In this document: positions 13,401 through 25,589 of the stretch, in pieces
How positions within the stretch are numbered: the first letter of the stretch is position 1
Layout of the letters: each line of letters opens with the position of its first letter
Source of the DNA: Felis catus
Taxonomy: Eukaryota
Direction: 5' to 3'
Length of the DNA: 64,000 nt
Assembly: GCF_018350175.1 (NCBI RefSeq)
Contig: NC_058368.1
Location: forward strand, 203,982,001-204,046,000
The notes under the pieces: model-generated
What the model saw: the letters and a program-made list of their open reading frames with translations, nothing else
Databases searched by the model: none
Told to the model about the DNA's origin: nothing
Program-made: the position numbers and the translations under genes

Positions 13401-14556
13401 TACCCTGGCATGCAGAACTAAAAATACACGTTTCTAGAAATCAGCTACCTTAAACTTCTCTGAAAAAAGGAAGGCAATAACCAACAGCTACAGAATGCCC
13501 ACATTTAATGAATCCTTAAAGATAATTTAAAACAACATATTTTACTAATGAGGAAGCCTTGGTCTAAAGACGTTAGATAATTTGCCTAATGTCACATAAG
13601 ATCATGGCGAGCCAGTGCTAAAACCTAGGCCTCCCCTTTAGGAACGAAGTACCCTTTCTCTTCTGTAATTTGCACCATTCTGCTTCTCATATTTCTGAGT
13701 GAATAAATAAGTTGACAGGTCTCACCAAATACAGAAAGGGTCTGGACTACCACCATGCCATAGGCTAACAATATCAGAACCAGCCCTTATAGCCTATGAG
13801 TCTTATTTCCCCCAAAGACATAATTTGACACCTATTACATAAATGGATATCTGTAATAAGTTACAACAAAATTATACTGTATTTCCAAGTCACCTTCCTC
13901 TATGTCAGTTACCTCTGAGGTTCACTTGGGCAGTCACCTTTTTCTTATTTTAATTTGTTGGGCTCTTGCTTACATTTTCGAAGATGCTGCGATGATAAAT
14001 CAAATTTCAGGGAAGTTCTTGGAATACCTCAGAACCCAAGCCTCAAAAACGTGCTATTCCCGACTGCTCCTTCTTTCCTTTCCTTTCCCCGTTCCACAGG
14101 TTAGTTTGCAACAAAGGGGATTCATGAATCACGATTTGAGATGGAAAACATGCTATCTCAGGACATTCTCAGTGTTTTGTGGCTGCTGGCAGGGAGCGTG
14201 CAACAAGCCCCGGGAGAGGGGAAGACTGAGGAAAAAGAGGCTCCACTGATATGGTTGTGGCTCCATATATTTCTTAGCAAGAAACAAGAAGAAAACCACA
14301 AAAGCCATAATTTTCAGGTTGTCTTTGCCAGGGACACTCCTGAAGGCAGCACATCCTACCGCAGTCTTAATCTTGTGACTCTTGTCTCAATTCCCTTGAA
14401 AGAATGATAATTCAGAGCGCCATTATAAGTGCCCCTGCTCCACCCACATCTGTCTTTTTAAAAACATTTCTTTGCTGCATCTTTTTTTAAAACTGCTTTT
14501 TCCGTTAGTTCTTCCTCCACCATTTCCCTCATTATCATGTTCAGGAAAAAATACTT

Positions 14557-14773
14557 TAAAAAATTTTTTGTAATGTTTATTTATTTTTGAGACAGAGAGA
14601 GACAGAGCATGAATGGGGGAGGGTCAGAGAGAGAGGGAGACACAGAATCCAAAGCGGGCTCCAGGCTCTGAGCTGTCAGCACAGAGCCAATGCAGGGCTT
14701 GAACTCATGGACCGTGATAGCATGACCTGAGCCAAAGTCGGATGTTTAATCAACTGAGCAACCCAGGCACCCC
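14557..14773 (-). mobile_element. CanSINE
   Basis: Antisense structure; TSD aggaaaaaatacttt. Confidence 0.96.
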
Positions 14774-14862
14774 AGGAAAAAATACTTTTGTTCATTCCTG
14801 CTCAATGTCATAGTCTCTCTTTCTTATTTCTATTGGAGGAACTGATATAAGAAGCATCAGGA

Positions 14863-14976
14863 GGGCACCCTGGCTGGCTTAGTAGGTAGAATGTGCAACA
14901 CTTGATCTCGGGGTCATAAGTTCAAGCCCCACTTTGGGTACAGAGATTACTTAAAAAAATAAAATCTTTAAAAAAA
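14863..14976 (+). mobile_element. Short old-type CanSINE (no CT tract)
   Basis: tRNA-like head + 'agagattacttaaaaaaataaaatcttt'; TSD aagaagcatca. Confidence 0.88.
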
Positions 14977-15149
14977 AGAAGCATCATAAGAAGCAACAAC
15001 TGTAAACAGAGATTATAGAAGTAATAGAAAGAGAATTTATAGAAAAGAATTATTAAAATATGACAAAATGAGGCCACCAAACAACCTGGAAGGAATGAGG
15101 TAATTTCTCTGAGAAAAGATCACTCTTGCATATGTCACTTCCATTCTAA

Positions 15150-15520
15150 GGCACAGAAGCTAATGATTCATTAAAATCCATGTGTTCTCTATCCTGGGCA
15201 TACAACTGTACTATATTTTACAGCTTTCCCCGCTTTAAGGTGGGGCCATGTGTTGAGTTCTAGCAAATGGAATATGAATGGAAGTGATATGTGCCCCTTC
15301 CAGACCTAACCTACATAAACTTAAATGTGTTCCTGTATGTTCTCTTTGCCTCTGGCTGTCAGATCATAATGATCTTGAGAGACACGTATCAAAAATGCCA
15401 GAGCTTTGATCAATCCGAGGCTCTGAGTAAAGGGGGCCACTAGGGAATAAATAAATTTCTATTATTTTTGAGTGACTGTACATTTTGAGTTTGTTATGGC
15501 AGCAAATGTCACCCTAACGA
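15150..15520 (+). mobile_element. MLT1-type LTR
   Basis: 'ggtggggccatgtgttgagttctagcaaatggaatatgaatggaagtgatatgtgcc'. Confidence 0.7.
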
Positions 15521-16328
15521 GCCCTCATTTCTTTCCAGGCACTGTAATCAGAGAACAGATATCAAGAGGCCTGCATATCAGTCCAACTCTGCAGTATTTT
15601 TAAATACAATGTTTACTTTAGATGCATTCCTTCACTTTTGTGTGTCCTAATAATGGTTAGAGATAAAAAACAATAGAGGTTAATCAAAGAGTCGGAGAGC
15701 CTTACTGTTAAAAGAACCTAGCCCGGCTTCATTATTACACAAATGAGAAAACTTCAGTCCACAACAATTAGCCTCTCTGAACCAGATCTCATAGCCAGTT
15801 AGAGGCAAAGTTGGCATCAGAATGCAGGACTATTATGTCCAGTTCAAGGTTCTCCTTTCTAAAAGCTTATCGTGGAATGATTGCCCAAAAGGAATATTTC
15901 AATTGGTTAGAGAAAAGAATTCACATGTATATTAATTGGTATTCTATTTCCAGTACTAGAATAAAAAAAAAGTGTCATCTGATTTTGTAAGACTCTATAC
16001 CTTGATCATATTGTGCTTATTTTGAATGTACATAATAACTAAAAGGAGAACTTCTACTGCCTAGAAAAATAAAACATATTACTGATCGCCAATTAACATT
16101 ACTGACTCAAAAGGAAGTTTTTTTAAGTTATGTATATTGGATAATAATTACAGGTGTATCAAACACCAGGGCTTTTTTTGCTATATCACTCTTTGCTAAT
16201 CAAATCCAAAATATTGGAGAAAAAATAGGTAAGTCTCTGAATCATCCATAAACCGTCACAATTTCTTGAAACCAAGAATCTGTTTTGTTCATGATTTATC
16301 CCCAAAATCTAAAACTTGGATAAATATT

Positions 16329-17380
16329 CATGCAAATGACATATCAGATAAAGGGTTATTATCCAAAATGTATCAAAAACTTACCAAACTCAACATCGAA
16401 AAAAACAAATAATTCAGTGAAGAAATGGGCAGAAGACATGAATAGACACTTTTCCAAAGAAGACATCCAGATGACTAACAGACACATGAAAAGATGCTCA
16501 ACATCACTCGTCATCAGGGAAATACAAATCCAAACCACAGTGAGATACCACCTCACACATGTCAGAATGACTAAAATTAACAACTCAGGCAACAACAGAT
16601 GTTGGCAAGGATGTGGACAAAGGAGAGCCTTTTTGCACTGTTGATAAGAATGCAAACTGGTGCAGCCACTCTGTAAAACAGTATGGAGGTTCCTTAAAAA
16701 ATGAAAAATAGAACTACCCTACAACCCAGCAATTCCACTACTAGGTATTTATCCAAAGGATACAAAAATGCTGATTCAAAGGGGCACATGTACCCCAAAG
16801 TTTATGGCAGTGCTATCAACAATAGCCAAATTACAGAATGAGCCCAAATGTCAATCGACTGACGAATGGATAAAGAAGATGTGATAATATACCACTATGT
16901 ATATGGTATATGTATATATACCATATATTACCACAATGTGGTAATGTTCCATTATATATATGGAATATTACTTGGTGATCAGAAAGAATGAAATCTTGCC
17001 ACTTGCAACAATGTGGATGGAACTAGAGTGTATTATGCTAAGCGAAATAAGTTAGTCAGAAAAACATATGATTTCACTCATATGTGGAATTTGAGAAACA
17101 CAATAGATGAACACAAGGGAAGGGAAGAAAAAATAACATAGAAACGGAAAGGGAGGCAAATCATAAGAGACTCTTAAATACAGAGAACAAACTGAGGGCT
17201 TCTGGAGGGGTGTTGGGTTGGGGGGATGGGTTAAATGGGTGATGGCATCAAGAAAGGCACTTGTTGGGTTGAGCACTGGGTGTCATACGTAAGAGATGAA
17301 TCACCTGGTTCTACTCCTGAAGCCAAGACTACCCTGTATGTTAACTAACAAATTTAAATGTTAAAAAAGACAAAAATAAT
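16329..17380 (+). mobile_element. 5'-truncated carnivore L1
   Basis: ORF2 C-terminus ([18 protein letters not shown]...RYHLT); TSD aaaacttggataaatatt at 16311-16328 and 17381-17398. Confidence 0.97.
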
Positions 17381-17684
17381 AAAACTTGGATAAATATTTA
17401 ATACATGCATGAACGAACTCACATTTACCCCATAGCACTTTTATGCTGTAAATCTTTACATCACTATCATTAGCTACAGTAAACTACCCATCAATTATCC
17501 TTTGATATGTTCATTGATATTGCAAGAAAGCCCAACATATATTTAAACCAAGAGGCAGAATAATGTAGTGGCTAACAGCCTAGATTTTAATCACCATTCT
17601 ACCAATTACCTTGGGCCCTTTACTTAATTTCTCCGTGCCTTATAAATTAAATATGAATACTGATAATAACAGAATATACCTTGC

Positions 17685-18140
17685 TTAGTATGGGTATCAG
17701 CAAGAAAACAATAGCACTCTCAGTGTGAGAGAGTTTAATGAAGGGACTGTTTACAAAGTTGTGGGCAGGGGGTCCAGGCACCCTTAAGCTACCAACAGCA
17801 GAGAGACTTCACTACCCTTAAGCCTAATAGAGAAGAGGAGGGAGCAATTACCAGAACCCAGAGAGAGTGACTACTAAAGAAGACTAAATAAACAGGAGCT
17901 ATATGGCCTTTGAGTAAGCGATACAACCACTCCCAGTGACCCAAAAGGTAGGGAACTTAGGAAGTAATTACCATGATCTCACTTTGCTTCCACCTGCTGA
18001 TCTCATGCTGGAAACTTCCGTTGGCCAAACATAAGCAGAAACCATAAAGCAAAATATTCAGTAACAGAGGTCAGTCTCTCAAGGCACAGAGCAAGTATGG
18101 AAGAATGGAGAGTGTCTGAAGAAGTAAACAGAAAATGAGC
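17685..18140 (-). mobile_element. LTR33-like ERVL LTR interrupting a MIR
   Basis: 'gagagtttaatgaagggactgtttacaaagttgtgggcagg'; MIR halves at ~17555-17685 and ~18140-18235. Confidence 0.55.
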
Positions 18141-18244
18141 ACACCTCATAGAGTTCTTGTGAAGACTAAAAGTGCTGATATACATAAAGTGCGTATAGGA
18201 GTGTCTAGCACTATGAAAATGCTGGCTATTATTAATTCTTTTGG

Positions 18245-18500
18245 AGAGGAGCAGCGGTAGAGCATAATAACCTGAAGCCACAATGCCTAGATGCAGTAAA
18301 TTCCTAATTTATTGCAAAATTCCAATTTTGCCTCTTACTAGGATGGTAACCTGGAGCAAGTTTCTTAATTTCTCTGTCGCTGTTTCTTCTTCTGTAATAT
18401 GGAGATAAAAATAAAACCCTCATGGGGTTTTGTGATAATTGAGTGAATAAAACATGTAAATCACTTAGAACAATACCCAAAATATATGCAAAATACCGTA
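18245..18500 (+). mobile_element. MIR SINE
   Basis: 'gagcaagtttcttaatttctctgt...tctgtaatatggagataa'. Confidence 0.75.
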
Positions 18501-21001
18501 TTGCTCTGTTTACTCAATAATTGTTGACCTAAACAAGATTTTTGTTAGCTTTGGTGTAACAAAACCTGGAAAACAATCCTTTTCTGGCTGAAGTGTTTTA
18601 CTGCATATTCCAAGGAAATGTGTAGAAGGTTTGTCTACACAACTAAACACTTGCTTGGAGCACCCTCAAGGCAAGGATAGAGGAAACATGAGAGTGAGAG
18701 GAGGAATGGTTAACAGAAAAAAAGAGAAGTTGAGCTTTCAGAGATTTATCAGGAAATCAAGAAAGAAACCATCTTAACTTCAGCATACTTCTAAATCTCA
18801 GGTGGCTTAGCATTGATTTACTTTGAATAATATACTTGGGGGTGGAGAGATGAAGAGAATAATCTTTCCAGTACTTGGAGTCTCTTCAGATCTTTATCTA
18901 GTGCTAGAACACCACCATTTGCTTTTAGCTATTGGTGTGTGTGTGTGTGTGTGTCCATGTTAGAGATGATGCAATCTCTTTCCAAGATGCAATGAGGAAC
19001 AACAGGAGCCCATCTGGAAACTGGAATATAATAATAACTGGATACTTAGTATATAAAAGGCATTGTGTTGGGCTCTCTCCAATATATAGACCTTTATCAG
19101 AATTATTTTTATTTTTCATTTAGTAAAGCCATTAAACAATAGAGACCCTCACACACAGAGATACAAAAATATTTAGTGTTTTCTAAATAGTCAAAAACAG
19201 TTTCCCAAGAAAAAAATCTCTTCCATCTTTCAAGAACAGATTTACACAAAACAATTTTGAAACACTCCGCGCCTATGGCAGCTAAATAACCTAAGCATTT
19301 CAAAACCCAATTTTCATGGATTTTCCTCTTGAAAGGTGAAGGGGACACCTTTGTAAACTGGGCATGGGCACTCCTGGGCATTGCAGAATTTTATGGTGAG
19401 ACTTAGAGTAACCCTTTAGTAATGACTTCACCTCTTCTGCCATTCAGATCAGTCATGCTCCTTCTGTTGGCTGGGTTGAGAGAGGGTGGTGGGGCCAGGT
19501 GGGAGGGGATGGGAATTTAGAGAAAGCAATGTAGATGAGAGTGGACGATCCAAATCGAACGTACCCTGTTTGTTACCTACCCCGTTTGTCTGGAGCCCTG
19601 TCTTCAGCTCAAATGCAGAACCCACAATATGCCCATCTCCTCTCTCTTACTCTTTGATGCCACCAAGGAAGACTCTCTGACCATTTAAAACTCAACAGCC
19701 ACATACCATTCCCATAGGGGGAAAAGAAAACAGGTCCCACATCTCCTGGAGTTGAAAAATTTTGAAATACATATTTTTAGTTCTTCAAAAAAAAAGTTTA
19801 GTTTTCAAAAACACTGTTTATAATAAATCATCTGTCTCTGTTTTTAAATTGTAAGCAACTATATGGTGAGAGCAGCTCTTTTATAAAAACTCTAAAATTA
19901 AAACAACCACTTAACACTCCAACCTAATGCCTGCAGTAAATCAAATGTCTTTGTTGTTTAGATTTTAGTTGAACAGGTCCAATATAAAAAGGAGTTTTAG
20001 CACTATTTATAAGAAGAATTGTCTCTTCAAGCCCATCCAACAATTTTTTTCATTCTTTAGGTAAAAACTTCAGCAGGAACTTAAGTGGGGTATAGGCAGG
20101 CTACCAATAACTTTTTGTGCCAGACGTTATATAACAAGGTCAAATTTAATGTACACACAAATGTACAGCAGCTTAAAAGAAGTGGTTGTTCAAAAAAGTG
20201 TTCGATTAATCATTGCCAAGGAGCTGGAAGGGATTTGAGGGCATCTGTGTTAAACCACAGCTCTGTCACTAGTATACCGTGTGACCTTGGACATATCACT
20301 TAACCCCCCTGCTCCTCAGCTTCTTCTTATTGATTTCTCTACTGCTCACCCTATGTCTTTTCAGGTCTTTCTATAGAACAGTCCAGTGGCAGAGTATTCC
20401 TTTACATTCTCCCAAAAGACATTTGCCTCTTGACTCTTTCTATAAATCTGTTTTAAGAAGAGCATAATCCCATGGTTCCTCTCTAGACAACACAGGCTTT
20501 TCTGTGTAACTAGACTTTCCACTCTCACCAAAGGCAATGGAAGAGAAAGATGAGAGCAATACAGCATAGAGAAAGAAAACCAGTTTCCAGCCCTGACTGT
20601 GCCATCATCTGGTTTGGGAAAAGATACTTGACCTTCTAAGTCTCTGTTTACTCATCTGTAAAAAATGAAGTTAGAACATGATCTACCTGTAAGTAAAACA
20701 ATGTGTTACTGGCACATAAATAGACACAGACAAATGAAAGACCCAACTACTATGGAAATCTAGTATATGGTAAAGGGAATATCTCATATAAGAGGACAAA
20801 GTGGCCTTTTTAATAAATGATATTGGTCCAACTGCATAGCCACTTGGAATGAAGATGGACTTAGATCCATTCCAACAATATATGGGAGAAGAAACTCCAA
20901 ATCGATCTAGAATCTGGAATATAAATGTAAAAATAAAGGCATACAAGTACTTGAAGAAAACATGAATGAATTCCTCTATAACCTATAATTCGAAATCCAT
21001 A

Positions 21002-21845
21002 TTGTGAAATAGATAGGATATAGATATAGATATAGATATAGATATAGATATAGATATAGATATAGTCTTTGTCCCCATTTCTGGCACAAAGCTCCTAAAT
21101 TCCTTGGAAATCCCCAAGAGGTGAGAGCCACAAAGTTGTCTTCTGTTTTGTTAATGAGGTTACTTGGGGACTTCATTTAAGGACGGAGGCTGGTTGCCAG
21201 GGGAAGCAGTCACGTGATTAGAGGGTTAGACCTTCCAACCCCACCCCCCTAACCTTTGGGGAGGGAAGAGGTCCTAGAGTTTGAATTCAGTCACCAATGT
21301 CCAAAGATTTAATCAATCATGACTAGATAATGAAACCTCCATAAAAGCCTCAAAAACAACATTCAGAAAGCTTCCAGGTTGGTGAACACCTGCAGGTCTG
21401 GGTAGGGTGGTTCTCCTGAAGAGAACATGGGAGCTTCACAGCCCCTTTCTCCGTTCCTTGCCTTAATGCCTCTCTTCTATCTGACTGTTCCTGAGTTATA
21501 TCCTTTCATAATAAGCCAGTAATCTAGTAAGTAATTATTTCTCTGAGTTCTGTGAGCTGCTCTAGCAAACTAATCGAACCCAAAAAGGGAGTCGTCACTG
21601 CCAATCTATAGTTGGTGGCTCAGGAGCCCAGCTGGTAACCTGGACTTGAGATTGACATCTGAAGGAGGTTTGGGTGGCCTGAAGCTTTGACCTGTGGGAT
21701 GTGATGCTATCTCTGGGTAGATGGTGCCAGAACTGAGTTGAATTATAGGACACCCAGCTGGTGTCAGAGAATGGCTCGGTGGTTAGGGAAACTGCACACA
21801 CACAGATGCATGCAGGCATATTGGAATTGGGTGTCAGAATTATAA
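21002..21845 (+). mobile_element. MER21-like ERV solo LTR with (GATATA)n expansion
   Basis: 'gtctttgtccccatttctggcacaaagctcctaaattccttgg' and 'gagttgaattataggacacccagctggtgtc' resemble MER21; hexamer repeat at ~21017-21064. Confidence 0.75.
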
Positions 21846-22389
21846 TATGCATATCATGATCAAAGACTAAAACATGACAAATACAATACAGATTACAGAG
21901 AAAAAGCTAGTTGTTCCTTAGAAAAATGGGCAATAGACAAACGGAACATTCAGCAAAAAAGATAATTCATAAAGTTCCTTAAATATATGAAAGTGCAAAT
22001 TTAAAACCACCCTGAGGTATTATTTTTCTCTCATCAGACTGATAAATATTCAAACGCTTAACAATACATTTTGTTGGCTAGGCTGTGAGGGAACAGGGCG
22101 TAGAAGCACTAAACCCTCGTAGCAGTGAGCAGCATAGCAGTGCCCATCTTGTTTCCCAAATACCATTCTTCACTTAAAGGCAAACGAGCTCCTGGGAGAA
22201 ATAGCCATTTCAGGGTATCAGGGAAAGAACAATATGAGCATGAAATAGATTTTTAAGCCAAAAAACAAGTGTTCAAAATCATGATGACAGCATATCAAAA
22301 GAACACAGAAGCCATATGATAGGGCTCCAACTTGCCATATCCACGAGCATGAAAAGAAGTGACACGAAATAATAAACTATGAGATATTA

Positions 22390-22592
22390 GGGTGCCTCGG
22401 TGGCTCAGTTGGTTGAGCAACCAACTCTTGATTTCAGCTCAAGTCATGATCCCAGAGTTATGGGATCAAGCCCTGTTTCGGGCTCCTCACTAAGCATGGA
22501 GCCTGCTTAAGATTCTGTCTCACTCTCTCCCTCTTTCCCTCTCCCCCACTCGTGAGCTCTCTCCTTTTCTAAAATAAAATAAAAAGACAAAA
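22390..22592 (+). mobile_element. CanSINE
   Basis: Structure; TSD aaataaactatgagata/aaataaattatgagata. Confidence 0.93.
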
Positions 22593-23363
22593 AATAAATT
22601 ATGAGATACTGAATAAAGCAGAAATACATGAGTCAATACTGACAATAAATAGATAAATACATAGGGGAGAAGTGTTTTTAATTACAGCAAAAGTCCAACA
22701 GATAAGTGTGAAAGGAGAGGAGTTTGAAAATCAGTATTTGACAATGATCACAGTAAAATTGGTACAAATAAGAATCATCAATGGTTGCTAAACTTTGATG
22801 AGGAAGATAATTTGCATGGTCTTAAAAATGTCTCCTCATTGATTGCTTGCTAGTTGCAAGAAAGAGAATAGTAGCTATATAGTGGAGAAAACAGAGAACA
22901 CCTTGACCAGGTTATCAAAATTTAACATCACCAATGAAAAGCAAACAAACATATACTTCCTGATATGATAGCTTGACAAAGATACGACATCCTTATGAGG
23001 TCTTGTGGCTGACCATGCAAAACCTGAATCTGGTAATGAGGAAATACACAGACAAACCCAAATCAACAAACATCATATAAAATACTTGGCCCATTCTCTT
23101 CAAGAATGTCAATGTTCCAAGAAAGACAAGGAGATGCTGAAGAATTGTTACAGATTGAAGGAGACACACGGATCATAATAGTTAAATGAAATATGTGCTC
23201 TTAGACTAAATCCTCTTTTGAAAAGGAAAAATGTTAAAAAGGACATTATTAGGCAGTGGGAAAAGTTGAAATATGAACTGCAAATTAAAATATCATCTCA
23301 AAGTTAAATTTCTAAATTTGATATCTGTATCATGGTTATATAAGAAAATATCCCTTTCCTTCA

Positions 23364-24380
23364 GGGCCACCTGGGTGGCTCCGTCTGTTAGGTATCAGAC
23401 TCTTGATTTCAGTTCATGATTTTGGTTCTTGAGTTACAGCTCCACATTGGGTTCTGTGCTGACAATGTGGAGCCTGCTTGGAATTCTCTCTCCCTCTCTC
23501 TCTCTGCCCCTCCCCCAGACTCTCTCTCATGTGCATACTCTTTCTCTCAAAATAAATAAATAAACTTAGGGTCACCTGGGTGGCTCAGTAGGTTAAGCAT
23601 CCAACTTCAGCTCACGTCATGATCTCAAGGTTTTTAAGTTTGTGCCTGGTGTCAAACTCTGTGCTAATGGCTCAGAGCCTGGAGCCTACTTCAGATTTTC
23701 TCTCTCCCTCTTTCTCTGCCCCTCCCCTGCTCACACTTGCACTCGCACTCTCTCTCTCTCTCTCTCAAAACTAAATAAACATTAGAAAAAAAAATTAAAG
23801 GGGCGCCTGGGTGGCTCAGTCATTTGGGCGTCCAACTTCAGCTCAGGTCATGATCTCGCAGTCTGTGAGTTCGAGCCCCGCATCAGGCTCTGGGCTGACA
23901 GCTCAGAGCCTGCAGCCTGGTTCAGATTCTGTGTCTCCCTCTCTCTCGGACCTTCCCCCATTCATGCTCTGTCTCTCTCTGTCTCAAAAATAAATAAACG
24001 TTAAAAAATAAAAATTTTTAAAAAAAAAGAAAAAAAATTAAAAACAAAAATAAAATAAAATAAAATAAAATAAAATAAAATAAAATAAAATAAAATAAAA
24101 TAAAATAAAATAAGGGATGCCTGGCTCAGTCAGTTAAGCCTCCCACTTCAGCTCAGCTCTTGATCCTAGGGTTTATGGGTTTGAGCTCCACACTGGACTC
24201 TGCGCTGACAGCTCAGAGCCTGGAGCCTGCTTCAGATTCTGTGTCTCCCTCTCTCTCTGCCCCTCCCTCGCTCAAGCTCAGTCTCTCTTTCTCAAAAATG
24301 AATAAATGTTAAAAAAGAAAAGAATTAAAAATTAATTAATTAATAAATAAACAGACAAACTTTAAAAAGAAAGAAAAGAA
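23364..24380 (+). mobile_element. Cluster of four head-to-tail CanSINEs (starts 23364, 23569, 23800, 24114) with (TAAAA)n
   Basis: Four tRNA-like heads, each following the previous A tail; outer decayed TSD aagaaaatatccctttc/aagaaattatctctttc. Confidence 0.95.
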
Positions 24381-24529
24381 AAAGAAATTATCTCTTTCTC
24401 TCAGATATATACAAGAAAGTTTTAGGAGATAAAGGGGCATGGTATGTGTAATCTCAAATCATTCTAATTAAAAATAAGTTCTAAAGGATCTTTTTAATAC
24501 ATGACCTATCACATTCTGGAAAGGGTAGA

Positions 24530-24720
24530 GTATGAGGTTTAAAGACAAACTTTGGTGCAAATCCTGTCTGTCCTCACCACTAACAGTGATTTGACTTTTA
24601 GCAAGCTTTAACCTTTCAGAGTCTTAGTTACCTCCCTTGTTAAAATGGAAGAAAAGTACCTGGCTTACAGTAAGTTGTGAGTACAGGATAATCTATCTCT
24701 TAACAAAGTGCCTAGCAATA
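24530..24720 (+). mobile_element. MIR SINE
   Basis: 'gcaagctttaacctttcagagtcttagttacctcccttgttaaaatgg'. Confidence 0.65.
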
Positions 24721-25407
24721 CAGAAAATACTGCCACCTCTCCCTTCTAATTAAAAGCTAGGGCATTTGGGAAATTCGTCAACTCTTTTAGACTGCTAGGA
24801 TAAAATGAGATATGAATGAGTAGAGTTGCCATCAAATGAACAGAAGCAGCCCCAAACAGCTAACACATAGTGTGTCAATCCAAAGTTCTGTATCTCTTCT
24901 GTGTAGAACAGTTTCATAAGTCAGTATGGCATTCTGTGATGAATTTAGGATGCCCTGGATTTGAACACCAGCCATAACACTTACTAGCTGTTGACTCTCC
25001 AAGCCTCAATTTTCTCACCTTGCATGATTGTTACAAGGAGTAGAAAGAATATATAGCAAACAGTTTCCTGATACAAAAGGGTACTTCAATAAATGGTAAA
25101 TATCACTAGTATGGATACTCATGAATGTCTGCTGATTCAGTTTTACAATTTCTGACAAGGGGTTTTTAAAGTACAAGTGAATATATTTCTGAGAAAAATC
25201 GGTAGATTATGAACTTTGTTAGGGTTTGGATGCTCAATCCGTCACACCCCCTTTTTAAGACTGCCGATCAAAGGCAGTAAATGCTATTCAAGGAAATAAC
25301 AACCAACTGGAAACCGGGTCCTGCTTTATCAATTTCTGGGAGACAACCCAATAATATACAATTCCAGAAACTCTGCTGGGTGTTAAGGATATAAAAGTAG
25401 CTAGTTA

Positions 25408-25589
25408 GGGGCACCTGTTAAGCATCTGATTCTTGGTTTTGGCTCAGGTCAAGATCTCACAGGTCATGGTATTGAGCCCAACATTGGGCTCTGCACTGAT
25501 AGAGCAAAGCCTGCTTAAGATTCTCTCTCTCCCTCTCTCTCTGCTCCTCCCTTCCCTCAAAATAAATAAATAAACAGTAAAAAAAATAA
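25408..25589 (+). mobile_element. CanSINE lacking the A-box segment
   Basis: 'ggggcacctg|ttaagcatctg' lacks gggtggctcagtcg; TSD ataaaagtagctagt. Confidence 0.9.

Larger units (their letters stand above)
20685..23363 (+). mobile_element. Old L1 (L1M-class) ORF2/3' UTR remnants with nested LTR and SINE
   Basis: Degenerate L1 motifs ('ctttttaataaatgatattggtccaactg', 'gaaaaatgggcaatagac', 'gagaacaccttgaccaggttatcaaaatttaacatcacc'). Confidence 0.7.
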
